Below, piece by piece: positions 1-7,610 of a DNA stretch of 32,531 bases. The notes under the pieces are model-generated. The model saw only the letters and a list, made by a program, of their open reading frames with translations, was not told the origin of the DNA and ran no database searches. Origin of the DNA: Promethearchaeota archaeon. GTDB taxonomy: Archaea > Asgardarchaeota > Lokiarchaeia > Sigyniarchaeales > SOKP01. The position numbers and the translations under genes are program-made. The DNA lies in assembly GCA_016839745.1 (NCBI GenBank), contig JAEOTS010000006.1, forward strand, positions 1-32,531, written 5' to 3'. How positions within the stretch are numbered: the stretch's first letter is position 1; each line of letters starts with the position of its first letter.

Positions 1-1161
1 ACTCCTCACTATTTGATAGGTGTCTATTAACTCGTGATAATCGTATTGAGTGGACGAATCCCAGTTTCCAATTGCGTTTCGATTCGAAAGTATAAAATTA
101 ACGACTTCGTTTTGATTCAACCCAGTATACCCCGTGACATCTGCCAATTCAAGTCCCAAAGCTGTCCCGACTACATTAAGCATGTTATAAGCTCCATCAA
201 ACATTTGAAAAGAGTGACTGGTGGCGTCATATAATTTTGTTAAATACTGGTGAAAATTACTTAATTGGATGGTGTCGACTAAATCTAACACACTCAGGGT
301 TTTTATGTTATAATAAGAAGCTAACAAATTTACCTCACTAAACATCGCAAGAGAATTTAAACTCGGGTCATGTTCGTTGTAAAATCCCCCGAAATCGTAA
401 CTAGTTGAGCTATCCTCCTGTAATCCGTTTATAAAATTAACTAGGCTGGCCAATTCCGGATCGTAACCGCTCCAATCGTTCATTAGTAATTCGAGCGTGG
501 TAATCGCGTAAAAAGAATTATCCATTGTGGCTGTTTTAAACCCGTAAGATAAAGTTGGATCGTAGGGTTGACCTATAAATCCGTTCTCAGTTCCTTCTGG
601 ATTAAAGCAGCTCCAAATGAGATTTATTGAATCCTGAACATCAATCATATATAGCCTATTTAAGATATCTAAAGATAGAACTGCGTAGCAATTTACTTGG
701 AGAACAGACGTATAAGGGTTATACATATTAGGAAATATCGTATCTAAGTATCTATAAGCGTATTTATCCATGAATGTATGCGTTTCATCGTTATAAAGCG
801 ACATAACGTAATCTAAAACGCGCCCTTGATCGATTTGGTTCAACAATCCAACTGCCTCGAGAATATAGAGGGCGTAATAGGTTGCTTGTAACGACGGTTC
901 GTAATATTGTGGAAAGTAGCCTAATTGCGAATAGTCTATTAACTTTTGAGCGAAAATACTTTCAATCGTTTCGTAATTATCCGTGGATGAAACTTTTAGT
1001 TCTAAATCAAACTTGTTTTGTTTGTCTTCAAGTTTTTCTTGTATCAGAACGGGTTTGTTTGTAATGTCATCGTTGAATGCAATTCTTGAAAAAATTGAGC
1101 ACAAAATCAGAAGAAAGATACTACTACAAAATATGTATTTTTTCACATTATTCAATTTCAT
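1..1161 (-). CDS. Secreted or membrane-anchored prenyltransferase/squalene-oxidase-repeat (alpha/alpha toroid) protein, 3'-truncated by the window edge
   Basis: Not in the ORF track. I translated it by hand: ATG at 1161, frame open to base 1. N-terminal signal/TM (MKLNNVKKYIFCSSIFLLILCSIFS) followed by repeats such as SLQATYYALYILEAVG, TMDNSFYAITTLELL, LVNFINGLQ..FGGF, LLASYYNIKTLSVLD and LIDTYQIVRS. Confidence 0.75.
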   Translation of the reverse strand, partial: MKLNNVKKYIFCSSIFLLILCSIFSRIAFNDDITNKPVLIQEKLEDKQNKFDLELKVSSTDNYETIESIFAQKLIDYSQLGYFPQYYEPSLQATYYALYILEAVGLLNQIDQGRVLDYVMSLYNDETHTFMDKYAYRYLDTIFPNMYNPYTSVLQVNCYAVLSLDILNRLYMIDVQDSINLIWSCFNPEGTENGFIGQPYDPTLSYGFKTATMDNSFYAITTLELLMNDWSGYDPELASLVNFINGLQEDSSTSYDFGGFYNEHDPSLNSLAMFSEVNLLASYYNIKTLSVLDLVDTIQLSNFHQYLTKLYDATSHSFQMFDGAYNMLNVVGTALGLELADVTGYTGLNQNEVVNFILSNRNAIGNWDSSTQYDYHELIDTYQIVRS

Positions 1162-1163
1162 TG

Positions 1164-1496
1164 CTAAAGCTCCTTAACTAATTCTAATATACCTGAAATA
1201 AGTATCAATATTGCAGGTAGAAGGTTTATAAAGATCAGATTAAGTGCTGCTAATGACACAAGTGTTATCCAATGCCACGGAATCGGATTATCTGGTTTTA
1301 AACCAGTTACGATTGTGAATCCGGCAATTAAAAATCCACAATTGATGAAAATCAAGCTACCAACGCCTAAATTTAATATCCACACTTCTACATTTTCAAT
1401 TACGTATAACTTCATAAAAACAATGAATATACCGATTGCACCCCCCAAAATTGTCAGAAAGCGTACCATCTTTCTAAAAATTTCGGTTCTCTTCAT
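1164..1496 (-). CDS. Small multi-pass membrane protein, hypothetical
   Basis: 110 aa with 3-4 hydrophobic segments. Clear SD (AGGAGGTG) upstream of the ATG. Its stop lies 2 nt from the next ATG (1161). Confidence 0.8.
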   Translation of the reverse strand: MKRTEIFRKMVRFLTILGGAIGIFIVFMKLYVIENVEVWILNLGVGSLIFINCGFLIAGFTIVTGLKPDNPIPWHWITLVSLAALNLIFINLLPAILILISGILELVKEL

Positions 1497-1710
1497 TCAG
1501 CACCTCCTAAAACATTTCTTATTTTTTAATTTAATAATGATAATTCACTTCTCTTTTTTCAAGATTTAAGGTTTAAACGAAAAATCGACGAGTATATTTA
1601 AATAAAAAATAGGAAAAAAGAATGGGAAAAAGATACGAAGAGTTTTTCTCTTAATTTAGAGGAATTTGTAAAACTTTTTATTTTTTTATTTTAAATTTAA
1701 TCAAATGATT

Positions 1711-1985
1711 CTAAAATTCTAATTTCACCATATTGACGTTAAGATCGTTTAAACTTATTTGTATTAAGGAGTGATTTGGAATTTCTTTAGCATTTTCAGT
1801 AAATGGTGTGGTGTTTACAAGAATATCGTTATGATTTTTACTTAAAAAAAGTGTATGGTGTCTCCCATTAAAATTATTTTTATGGTTAAAGATGACATTA
1901 AAATGATGGGAATTAGAAAGAAAAGTATTAGCTCTAGTACCTATTTAAATTTTTATAAAGATGCTTTCTAAATCAGTCTTCATAT
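1711..1985 (-). pseudogene. Decayed copy of the 3' ~275 bp of the class II glutamine amidotransferase gene at 6832-7572
   Basis: Collinear without indels with 6832-7106 (offset 5121). About 35 mismatches in 275 by my manual count (~87% identity). In-frame GAA->TAA at 1945-1947; no 5' part or start codon. Confidence 0.92.
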
Positions 1986-2155
1986 CTTTTCTGTATTAAG
2001 CATATAAAAAAAATCAAGGACTCAAAAACAATTAAAGATGTCCACAGTTTTATTGGACTTGTTATCTTCAATCCAATATGTATAGAATAGTCAAATTATG
2101 GTTCTAAACGAAATTAATTAGGGTTGAATTATTTTTTCTTATACTTCTATGTTCT

Positions 2156-2288
2156 CGAAGATTTTTCGTCTTTTTATGGAATAATCGAAGATAGTTCGTT
2201 AGATTTATTATTGATAATTTATATATATAAAATGATTATACTTGATCTAATCTATTTAACTTTTAATAATAAATACGAATTAGATTCG
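2156..2288 (+). promoter_or_regulatory. gdhA promoter: three CGAA-N5-TTCG palindromes (2156-2168, 2186-2198, 2276-2288) and a TATA box TTATATAT (2219-2226)
   Basis: Sites read CGAAGATTTTTCG, CGAAGATAGTTCG and CGAATTAGATTCG. The same geometry occurs at 6571-6703 on the opposite strand. Confidence 0.7.
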
Positions 2289-2415
2289 AAAAAATCAAAA
2301 ATTAACATACAAAAGAGGGAAAATTATTTATAAAAAAGCTATAATTCTACCCGATAAAGTTGATATCCCGCGCAAAATTAAAAAGAGAATCAAAATAGAT
2401 AAGAATCCATTTGAA

Positions 2416-3645
2416 ATGGCGAAAAAACAAATTGATATAGTCGCTAAAGAGATGGGTTTAGATGAAAATATTAAAAAATACCTTAAAAGAGTTGAACGAT
2501 CCCTAATTGTATCAATTCCAATTATTATGGATAATGGGAAACTAGAGGTTTTTGAAGGATATAGAGTACATCACTCTACAGTTCGAGGCCCTGGTAAAGG
2601 AGGTATACGATATTCTAAAGATGTCTTTCTTGACGAGGTAAAAGCGTTAGCTATGTGGATGACGTGGAAAAATTCTTTGTTAAAACTTCCGTTAGGTGGA
2701 GCAAAAGGAGGGGTGTGTGTTGATCCTACTAAACTTTCAAGAAATGAACTTGAAAGATTAACTCGTAGATATACAGCAGAAATTATCAATATGATTGGTC
2801 CTGATATCGATATACCTGCCCCAGATATTAACACAAATCCCCAAATTATGGCATGGATCATGGATGTTTATTCTATGCAAAAAGGAAAATCAGTTCCAGG
2901 AGTAGTTACCGGAAAACCAATCGAAATTGGAGGTTCTGTTGGAAGAGAAACAGCAACAGGAATGGGATTATATTTTATCCTCGAAGCCTTGTGCATGAAA
3001 TTAAACTTGAATCTTAAATATTTGAGTGTTGTTATTCAAGGATTTGGAAATGTAGGAGGAAATATTGCTCAAATATTATATGAAAAAGGGGTTAAAATTG
3101 TAGCAGTTTCAGACATTAGTGGTGGTTTATACGATGCAGGAGGTCTGAATATAAAAGAATTAATCGATTGGAGAGACCAAAATCACTTATTAGAGGAATT
3201 TGATAAAAAGGAAAATGAATTCGTAAATAATGAAGAAATTTTAGAGATCGAATGCGACATTTTAATTCCTGCAGCCATAGAAAATCAAATAACGGAATCA
3301 AATGTGGATAATATAAATTGTCAAATTATAATTGAAGGAGCAAATGGTCCAACAACCCCTGAAGCAGATGAAATTCTTAAAGATAGAGGGATAATTGTAG
3401 TGCCAGATATCCTAGCTAATGCAGGGGGTGTATGCGTTTCATATTTTGAATATATTCAAGATATTCATAGTTATTTTTGGAAATTGGATCGAATTAATCT
3501 CGAATTAAAGAATGTTCTACTAGAAGCATTTGAAGAAGTTTATACTCTCTCAAAGGAGAAAAAGGTTACCTTAAGGATAGCGGCATACATGATTGCGATA
3601 TCAAGGTTAAGTAAAGCTATTGAATTAAGAGGAATTTTTCCATAA
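2416..3645 (+). CDS. gdhA: Glutamate dehydrogenase (Glu/Leu/Phe/Val dehydrogenase family); true start probably upstream (~2323-2326)
   Basis: GPGKGGIRY, GGAKGG, DIPAPD, TGKP..GGS.GR, GFGNVG Rossmann motif, EGANGP and PDILANAGGV. Confidence 0.96.
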   Translation: MAKKQIDIVAKEMGLDENIKKYLKRVERSLIVSIPIIMDNGKLEVFEGYRVHHSTVRGPGKGGIRYSKDVFLDEVKALAMWMTWKNSLLKLPLGGAKGGVCVDPTKLSRNELERLTRRYTAEIINMIGPDIDIPAPDINTNPQIMAWIMDVYSMQKGKSVPGVVTGKPIEIGGSVGRETATGMGLYFILEALCMKLNLNLKYLSVVIQGFGNVGGNIAQILYEKGVKIVAVSDISGGLYDAGGLNIKELIDWRDQNHLLEEFDKKENEFVNNEEILEIECDILIPAAIENQITESNVDNINCQIIIEGANGPTTPEADEILKDRGIIVVPDILANAGGVCVSYFEYIQDIHSYFWKLDRINLELKNVLLEAFEEVYTLSKEKKVTLRIAAYMIAISRLSKAIELRGIFP

Positions 3646-3693
3646 CGCCCGATAAATGCTACCTTATATTTATTAATTGTATAAAATTTTTTC

Positions 3694-4581
3694 TTATTTT
3701 CCTTGTGTAAAATAGATTTTATTAGTCATTTTGAAGATATCTATGAAATTTGATACTTTCATGTCGGGATTAATTCCTTCGATACTTTTAATTTTTTCGT
3801 TAATAAATCTCCAAAGGCTTTTTTCATTAGGAGCAATAAGTTTCAAAATTAGATTATGTTCGCCAGCTGAAGTGGTTAAAAGCTGAATCTCATCAAATTT
3901 TATTAATTTTTGGACGATATCTTTCAATTTTGAAGGATTAACGAATAAATGAATAATAGCTATAGTATTATAGCCTACTTTTATTGGATCAATAACGGTA
4001 TCAAATTTTTTTATAATTCCGTCATTAATCATGTTCTGTACGCGGTTATGTATTGTACTTGCTGCTAAATTCACTTTTTCACTTATCTCTTTGTAGGATA
4101 TTTTATAATTTTCTTGTAATATGTTAAGGATCATCTTATCCTTATCATCTAACCCTATCTGTATATCCGTCTCTTTTACTTTTTTAGATTCAATTTTATG
4201 TCGTTCAATTCCATACAATATAGCTCTTTTTAGAACATTTGCATTAAGCTCTCCTTTAACTAAGTAATCTTGAAATCCTTTTTTTAGAGAATTTAAAGCA
4301 ATTTCTTGGTCATCAAAACCTGTCAAAACTATAATTGGAAGTTCAGAAGTTAGATTTAACACTTTTTCGATCGTAGATTCCATATCACTGTCAGGAAGTT
4401 TTAGGTCTAATAAGATAATATCAAAGTCTTTCGTTTTAAGACGATTCATACCATCAATAAGGCGTGAAAATGATTCTAACTCATAAGTAAAATCAGAAAT
4501 TTTTTTTAAAAATTCTTGTATCAGGCGAACATCTGTAGTGTTATCTTCAATTAATAAAATATCTATATTGTGAGTTTCTAT
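3694..4581 (-). CDS. Response-regulator receiver domain fused to an Lrp/AsnC transcription factor (REC-HTH-RAM)
   Basis: The frame stays open upstream of the ORF-track ATG (4449) to 4587 and supplies the missing REC beta1 (IDILLIEDNTTDVRLIQEFL). Phospho-Asp in IILLDLKLPD, plus VLTG and YLVKG. Then an AsnC HTH (LDDKDKMILNILQENYKISYKEISEKVNLAASTIHNRVQNM..GII) and a RAM domain. Start codon uncertain. Confidence 0.9.
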   Translation of the reverse strand: METHNIDILLIEDNTTDVRLIQEFLKKISDFTYELESFSRLIDGMNRLKTKDFDIILLDLKLPDSDMESTIEKVLNLTSELPIIVLTGFDDQEIALNSLKKGFQDYLVKGELNANVLKRAILYGIERHKIESKKVKETDIQIGLDDKDKMILNILQENYKISYKEISEKVNLAASTIHNRVQNMINDGIIKKFDTVIDPIKVGYNTIAIIHLFVNPSKLKDIVQKLIKFDEIQLLTTSAGEHNLILKLIAPNEKSLWRFINEKIKSIEGINPDMKVSNFIDIFKMTNKIYFTQGK

Positions 4582-4741
4582 TTTAATTCACCATGTATTG
4601 CATAAATCTTTTAATTGAATAATATTCATTTTAAATGTATATTTATAGTTTAATAATTCTTATAAAATATTTATTTATCGAAATTTTTACAGAAAGTAAA
4701 TAATATTGTATGAATAATTAAAAAAGAGAGAGTTAAATAAA

Positions 4742-5803
4742 ATGAAATTGAACTTTCTAAAAGCTAGAACGAAAATCTTTACAATTCTGGTTTTAATACC
4801 ACTTTTAACTTTACTAGTTTTATACTTAGAATTAATACTTAAAACTACCATTCTTATTGCTCACCTTTTCTATTTTCCTTCAATATTGGCGTGTTTATGG
4901 TGGAAAAAAAAAGGTTTGATTGTGCCGGTATTTTTAGCTACTGTTTTAGTAGTTGTTCATTTGATAATAAGACAAGATTATTTCAATGCAGAGCCGATTA
5001 ATGATTTGATTATAGGTATATCGATAGTCTTTGTTGGAATTGTTGTCGCATATCTATCTGAACAAATTTCAAAAAAAGAATTTGATTTAAAAAATATTAT
5101 TGAAGATTTACAACGTTCTAACGAAGATTTGCAGCAATTCGCATATGTCTCATCCCACGATTTACAAGAACCTTTAAGAGCAATAATAAGCTTTTCTCAA
5201 CTTCTAGAAGATGAATATAAAGATAATTTAGACAAAGCTGGTAAAGAATTTCTTCATTTTATTACAGATGGGGCAAAAAAAATGAACACACTTATAAAAG
5301 ATTTGTTGGCATATTCAAGGATTACCACGCATGCTAAACCACCAAAGTGGAACAATCTCGAGAAGATTCTAGAAAATGCATTATTTAATTTGTCCGAATC
5401 AATTAAACAAAGTGGCGCAATTATTACTTATGATAAACTTCCTACTTTAAAAGTAGATAAAACTCAATTTTTGCAATTATTTCAAAATTTTATTAGTAAT
5501 GCTATTAAATTTCGACGAGAGGAGACACCTAAAATACACATAGGAGTAAAAAAAATAGATATCGGTTGGCTTTTCTCTATAGAAGATAATGGTATTGGGA
5601 TTGAATCACAGTATTTTGATCGAATATATAATATTTTTTATCGATTACATACTAAAGAGGAATATCCTGGTACTGGCATAGGATTACCTATCTGTAAAAA
5701 AATAATTCACCGCTATGGTGGACAAATATGGGTAGAATCAGAACTAGGTAAAGGATCAACTTTTTACTTTACCATTTTACTTAAAAATGCTAAAAACAAT
5801 TAA
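4742..5803 (+). CDS. Membrane-bound sensor histidine kinase (Cph1-like HisKA + HATPase_c)
   Basis: About 4 N-terminal TMs. H-box FAYVSSHDLQEPLR, N-box QNFISNAIKF, DNGIGI, GTGIGL and GKGSTFYF. Confidence 0.95.
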   Translation: MKLNFLKARTKIFTILVLIPLLTLLVLYLELILKTTILIAHLFYFPSILACLWWKKKGLIVPVFLATVLVVVHLIIRQDYFNAEPINDLIIGISIVFVGIVVAYLSEQISKKEFDLKNIIEDLQRSNEDLQQFAYVSSHDLQEPLRAIISFSQLLEDEYKDNLDKAGKEFLHFITDGAKKMNTLIKDLLAYSRITTHAKPPKWNNLEKILENALFNLSESIKQSGAIITYDKLPTLKVDKTQFLQLFQNFISNAIKFRREETPKIHIGVKKIDIGWLFSIEDNGIGIESQYFDRIYNIFYRLHTKEEYPGTGIGLPICKKIIHRYGGQIWVESELGKGSTFYFTILLKNAKNN

Positions 5804-5820
5804 CGGAGAAATAAAATGTA

Positions 5821-6264
5821 ATGGTAAATAAAAAAAAGAATAATTTTAAGATTTTACTTGTTGAAGATAATCCTGCGGATATTCGCCTTACACAAGAAGC
5901 TATTCAAAAAAGTGAATTAGTATCCCAGTTAGATGTCGTGAAAGACGGCGTTGAAGCAATAAAATTTTTACAAAAATTTAAAAAAGATTCTCATGTCGAG
6001 CGCCCTGATTTGATTCTTTTAGATTTAAATTTACCTAAAAAGAGTGGGCTTGATGTATTAAAGGAAATAAAGGAAGATGGAGATTTGAGACGAATTCCAG
6101 TAGTGGTTTTAACCATATCTAGTAACGAAGAAGATTTAATAAAAGCGTATAATCTCCATGCAAACTGTTTTATAAATAAACCATTAAATATTAAGGAATT
6201 TTACATAATTGTAGAATTCATTTGTACTTTCTGGTTTAAAGTAGTTAAACTTGCTAAAACTTAG
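5821..6264 (+). CDS. Stand-alone response regulator (Rcp1-like receiver)
   Basis: ILLVEDNPAD, PDLILLDLNLPKKSG, IPVVVLT and AYNLHANCFINKP. Lies directly downstream of the kinase. Confidence 0.95.
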   Translation: MVNKKKNNFKILLVEDNPADIRLTQEAIQKSELVSQLDVVKDGVEAIKFLQKFKKDSHVERPDLILLDLNLPKKSGLDVLKEIKEDGDLRRIPVVVLTISSNEEDLIKAYNLHANCFINKPLNIKEFYIIVEFICTFWFKVVKLAKT

Positions 6265-6324
6265 CGAAAAACTTGATTAGGTATAGCCCTTGATTAAAGA
6301 TAAAAAATTACTAATAGAATGATT

Positions 6325-6549
6325 TTATCTAACAACCTGAATAAGTTTTTCAATATTCTTTAATAAGTCAGCCTTTTCCAATTTAGGTTGATTGTATTCT
6401 TCAATAGGGTTACAATTCCACGGTCGAGAAATTCGATCATTGCATACTATAGCCCCATGAAAAATTTCAAAATCAGTACATGAATGATAAATTTTCCGAC
6501 CAAGAGAATATTCAACTCCACACTTAGGACACTTTACCATATAAATCAT
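6325..6549 (-). CDS. Small Zn-ribbon-like protein
   Basis: CPKC...HSC, plus two further Cys. Has its own TATA box and operator array upstream. Confidence 0.65.
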   Translation of the reverse strand: MIYMVKCPKCGVEYSLGRKIYHSCTDFEIFHGAIVCNDRISRPWNCNPIEEYNQPKLEKADLLKNIEKLIQVVR

Positions 6550-6570
6550 CTAATTTTATCTTATTTTTTA

Positions 6571-6703
6571 CGAATAATATTCGATTTCATTATCGAGTTT
6601 ATATTATACAAAATTGCTTCCTACACTTAATAATATATAACTCATCTTATATAAATCCATCGAAGAAAATTCAGTAATTAGTTTTCTTATCGTATTACTT
6701 TCG
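6571..6703 (-). promoter_or_regulatory. Promoter of the Zn-ribbon gene: three CGAA-N5-TTCG-type boxes (6691-6703, 6661-6673, 6571-6583) and TTATATAT (6640-6633)
   Basis: Sites read CGTATTACTTTCG and CGAAGAAAATTCA (one mismatch each) and CGAATAATATTCG (perfect). Spacing is 30 and 90, as at gdhA. Confidence 0.65.
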
Positions 6704-6831
6704 ATGGCAAGCGACATTTAATATATTTTCTTCAGTTAGTTTTAGGTGCCCTAAACTAAAATTTATGAATTATTGTCCAATTATTCAAGGATTTCATGAA
6801 TATAGCATATTTTTTCATATTATTAATGACT

Positions 6832-7106
6832 TTAGAATTCTAATTTCACCATATTCATGTTAAGATCGGCTAAACTTATTTGTATTAAGGAGTGATTTGG
6901 AATTTCTTTAGAATTATCAGTAAATGGTGTTGTGCTTACAAGAATATCGTTATGATTTTTACTTAAAAAAAGTGTATGGTGTCTCCCATTAAAATTAGTT
7001 TTATGGTTAGTGATAACATTGCAGCTTTGTGAATTAAAAAGAAAAGCATTAGCACCTGCACCTATTTCGATGGTTTTAAAGATGCTTTCTAAACCAATCT
7101 TCAAAT
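6832..7106. repeat. Right copy of the ~275-bp direct repeat (left copy 1711-1985)
   Basis: Direct manual alignment, ~87% identity. Confidence 0.92.
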
Positions 7107-7572
7107 TTCTACCTTCCTGTAATTCGTTGATAATTGAACAAAGATATTTTCGAGTATCTAAGTCAGTTTCATTATAAATTTTATTCAATTTTGGGTTTTT
7201 TAATTTTATACTTGGAAATTTTTTTATAATTCCATTGTGAGTTATGAGATATTTCTCTTTAATACTAATAGGGTGTACGTTTCCTAAGTTCTTTTTCCAA
7301 GGAAGCGTTTTTCTTGCGTGAACTAAAAGGAATCGAGTATTAATTTTAGCAAGATTTTTCCAGTCTGCGTGGTAAATAGGAGCTAAATCTCGCTTTATAA
7401 CGAGTTCTTTGTCATTTTCAGAGAGATAAGCAAATCCCCAGCCTAATCCATGGTGTCCAAGGAGGTCATACTTCCTTAAATAGCGCCAATGGCATGATTT
7501 TACATATTTTTTTAAAATATTGTAATCCAAATGAAAGGGTTCAAGAGAGCACTTAAAGAACATACGACACAT
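6832..7572 (-). CDS. Class II (Ntn) glutamine amidotransferase, YafJ/EgtC-like
   Basis: Met-Cys-Arg start at 7572 gives the N-terminal nucleophile Cys. Motifs HGLGWG, VHARK, NVHP, THNG and TDLDT. Confidence 0.85.
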   Translation of the reverse strand: MCRMFFKCSLEPFHLDYNILKKYVKSCHWRYLRKYDLLGHHGLGWGFAYLSENDKELVIKRDLAPIYHADWKNLAKINTRFLLVHARKTLPWKKNLGNVHPISIKEKYLITHNGIIKKFPSIKLKNPKLNKIYNETDLDTRKYLCSIINELQEGRNLKIGLESIFKTIEIGAGANAFLFNSQSCNVITNHKTNFNGRHHTLFLSKNHNDILVSTTPFTDNSKEIPNHSLIQISLADLNMNMVKLEF

Positions 7573-7610
7573 GAGCAATCAATTAGAATATTTTTATCCT
7601 AATAATAAAA

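Noticed and set aside
34-1177. Short plus-strand ORFs 34-234, 882-1064 and 983-1177
   Set aside because: Antisense shadows of the long minus-strand gene 1-1161.
2156-2288. Repeated boxes as a mini-CRISPR array
   Set aside because: Repeats are only 13 bp with variable centres, spacing is irregular for CRISPR, and there are no cas genes.
2124-2333. 69-aa plus-strand ORF upstream of gdhA
   Set aside because: Low-complexity translation of AT-rich promoter DNA. It spans the operator boxes and TATA.
4679-4691. Possible CGAA-N5-TTCG autoregulatory box between REC-Lrp and the kinase (CGAAATTTTTACA)
   Set aside because: Two mismatches in one half-site and no partner at 30 bp; too weak to call.
1711-7106. 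Calling the module a transposon or provirus
   Set aside because: No transposase, integrase, terminal inverted repeats or viral genes; only the direct repeat is supported.
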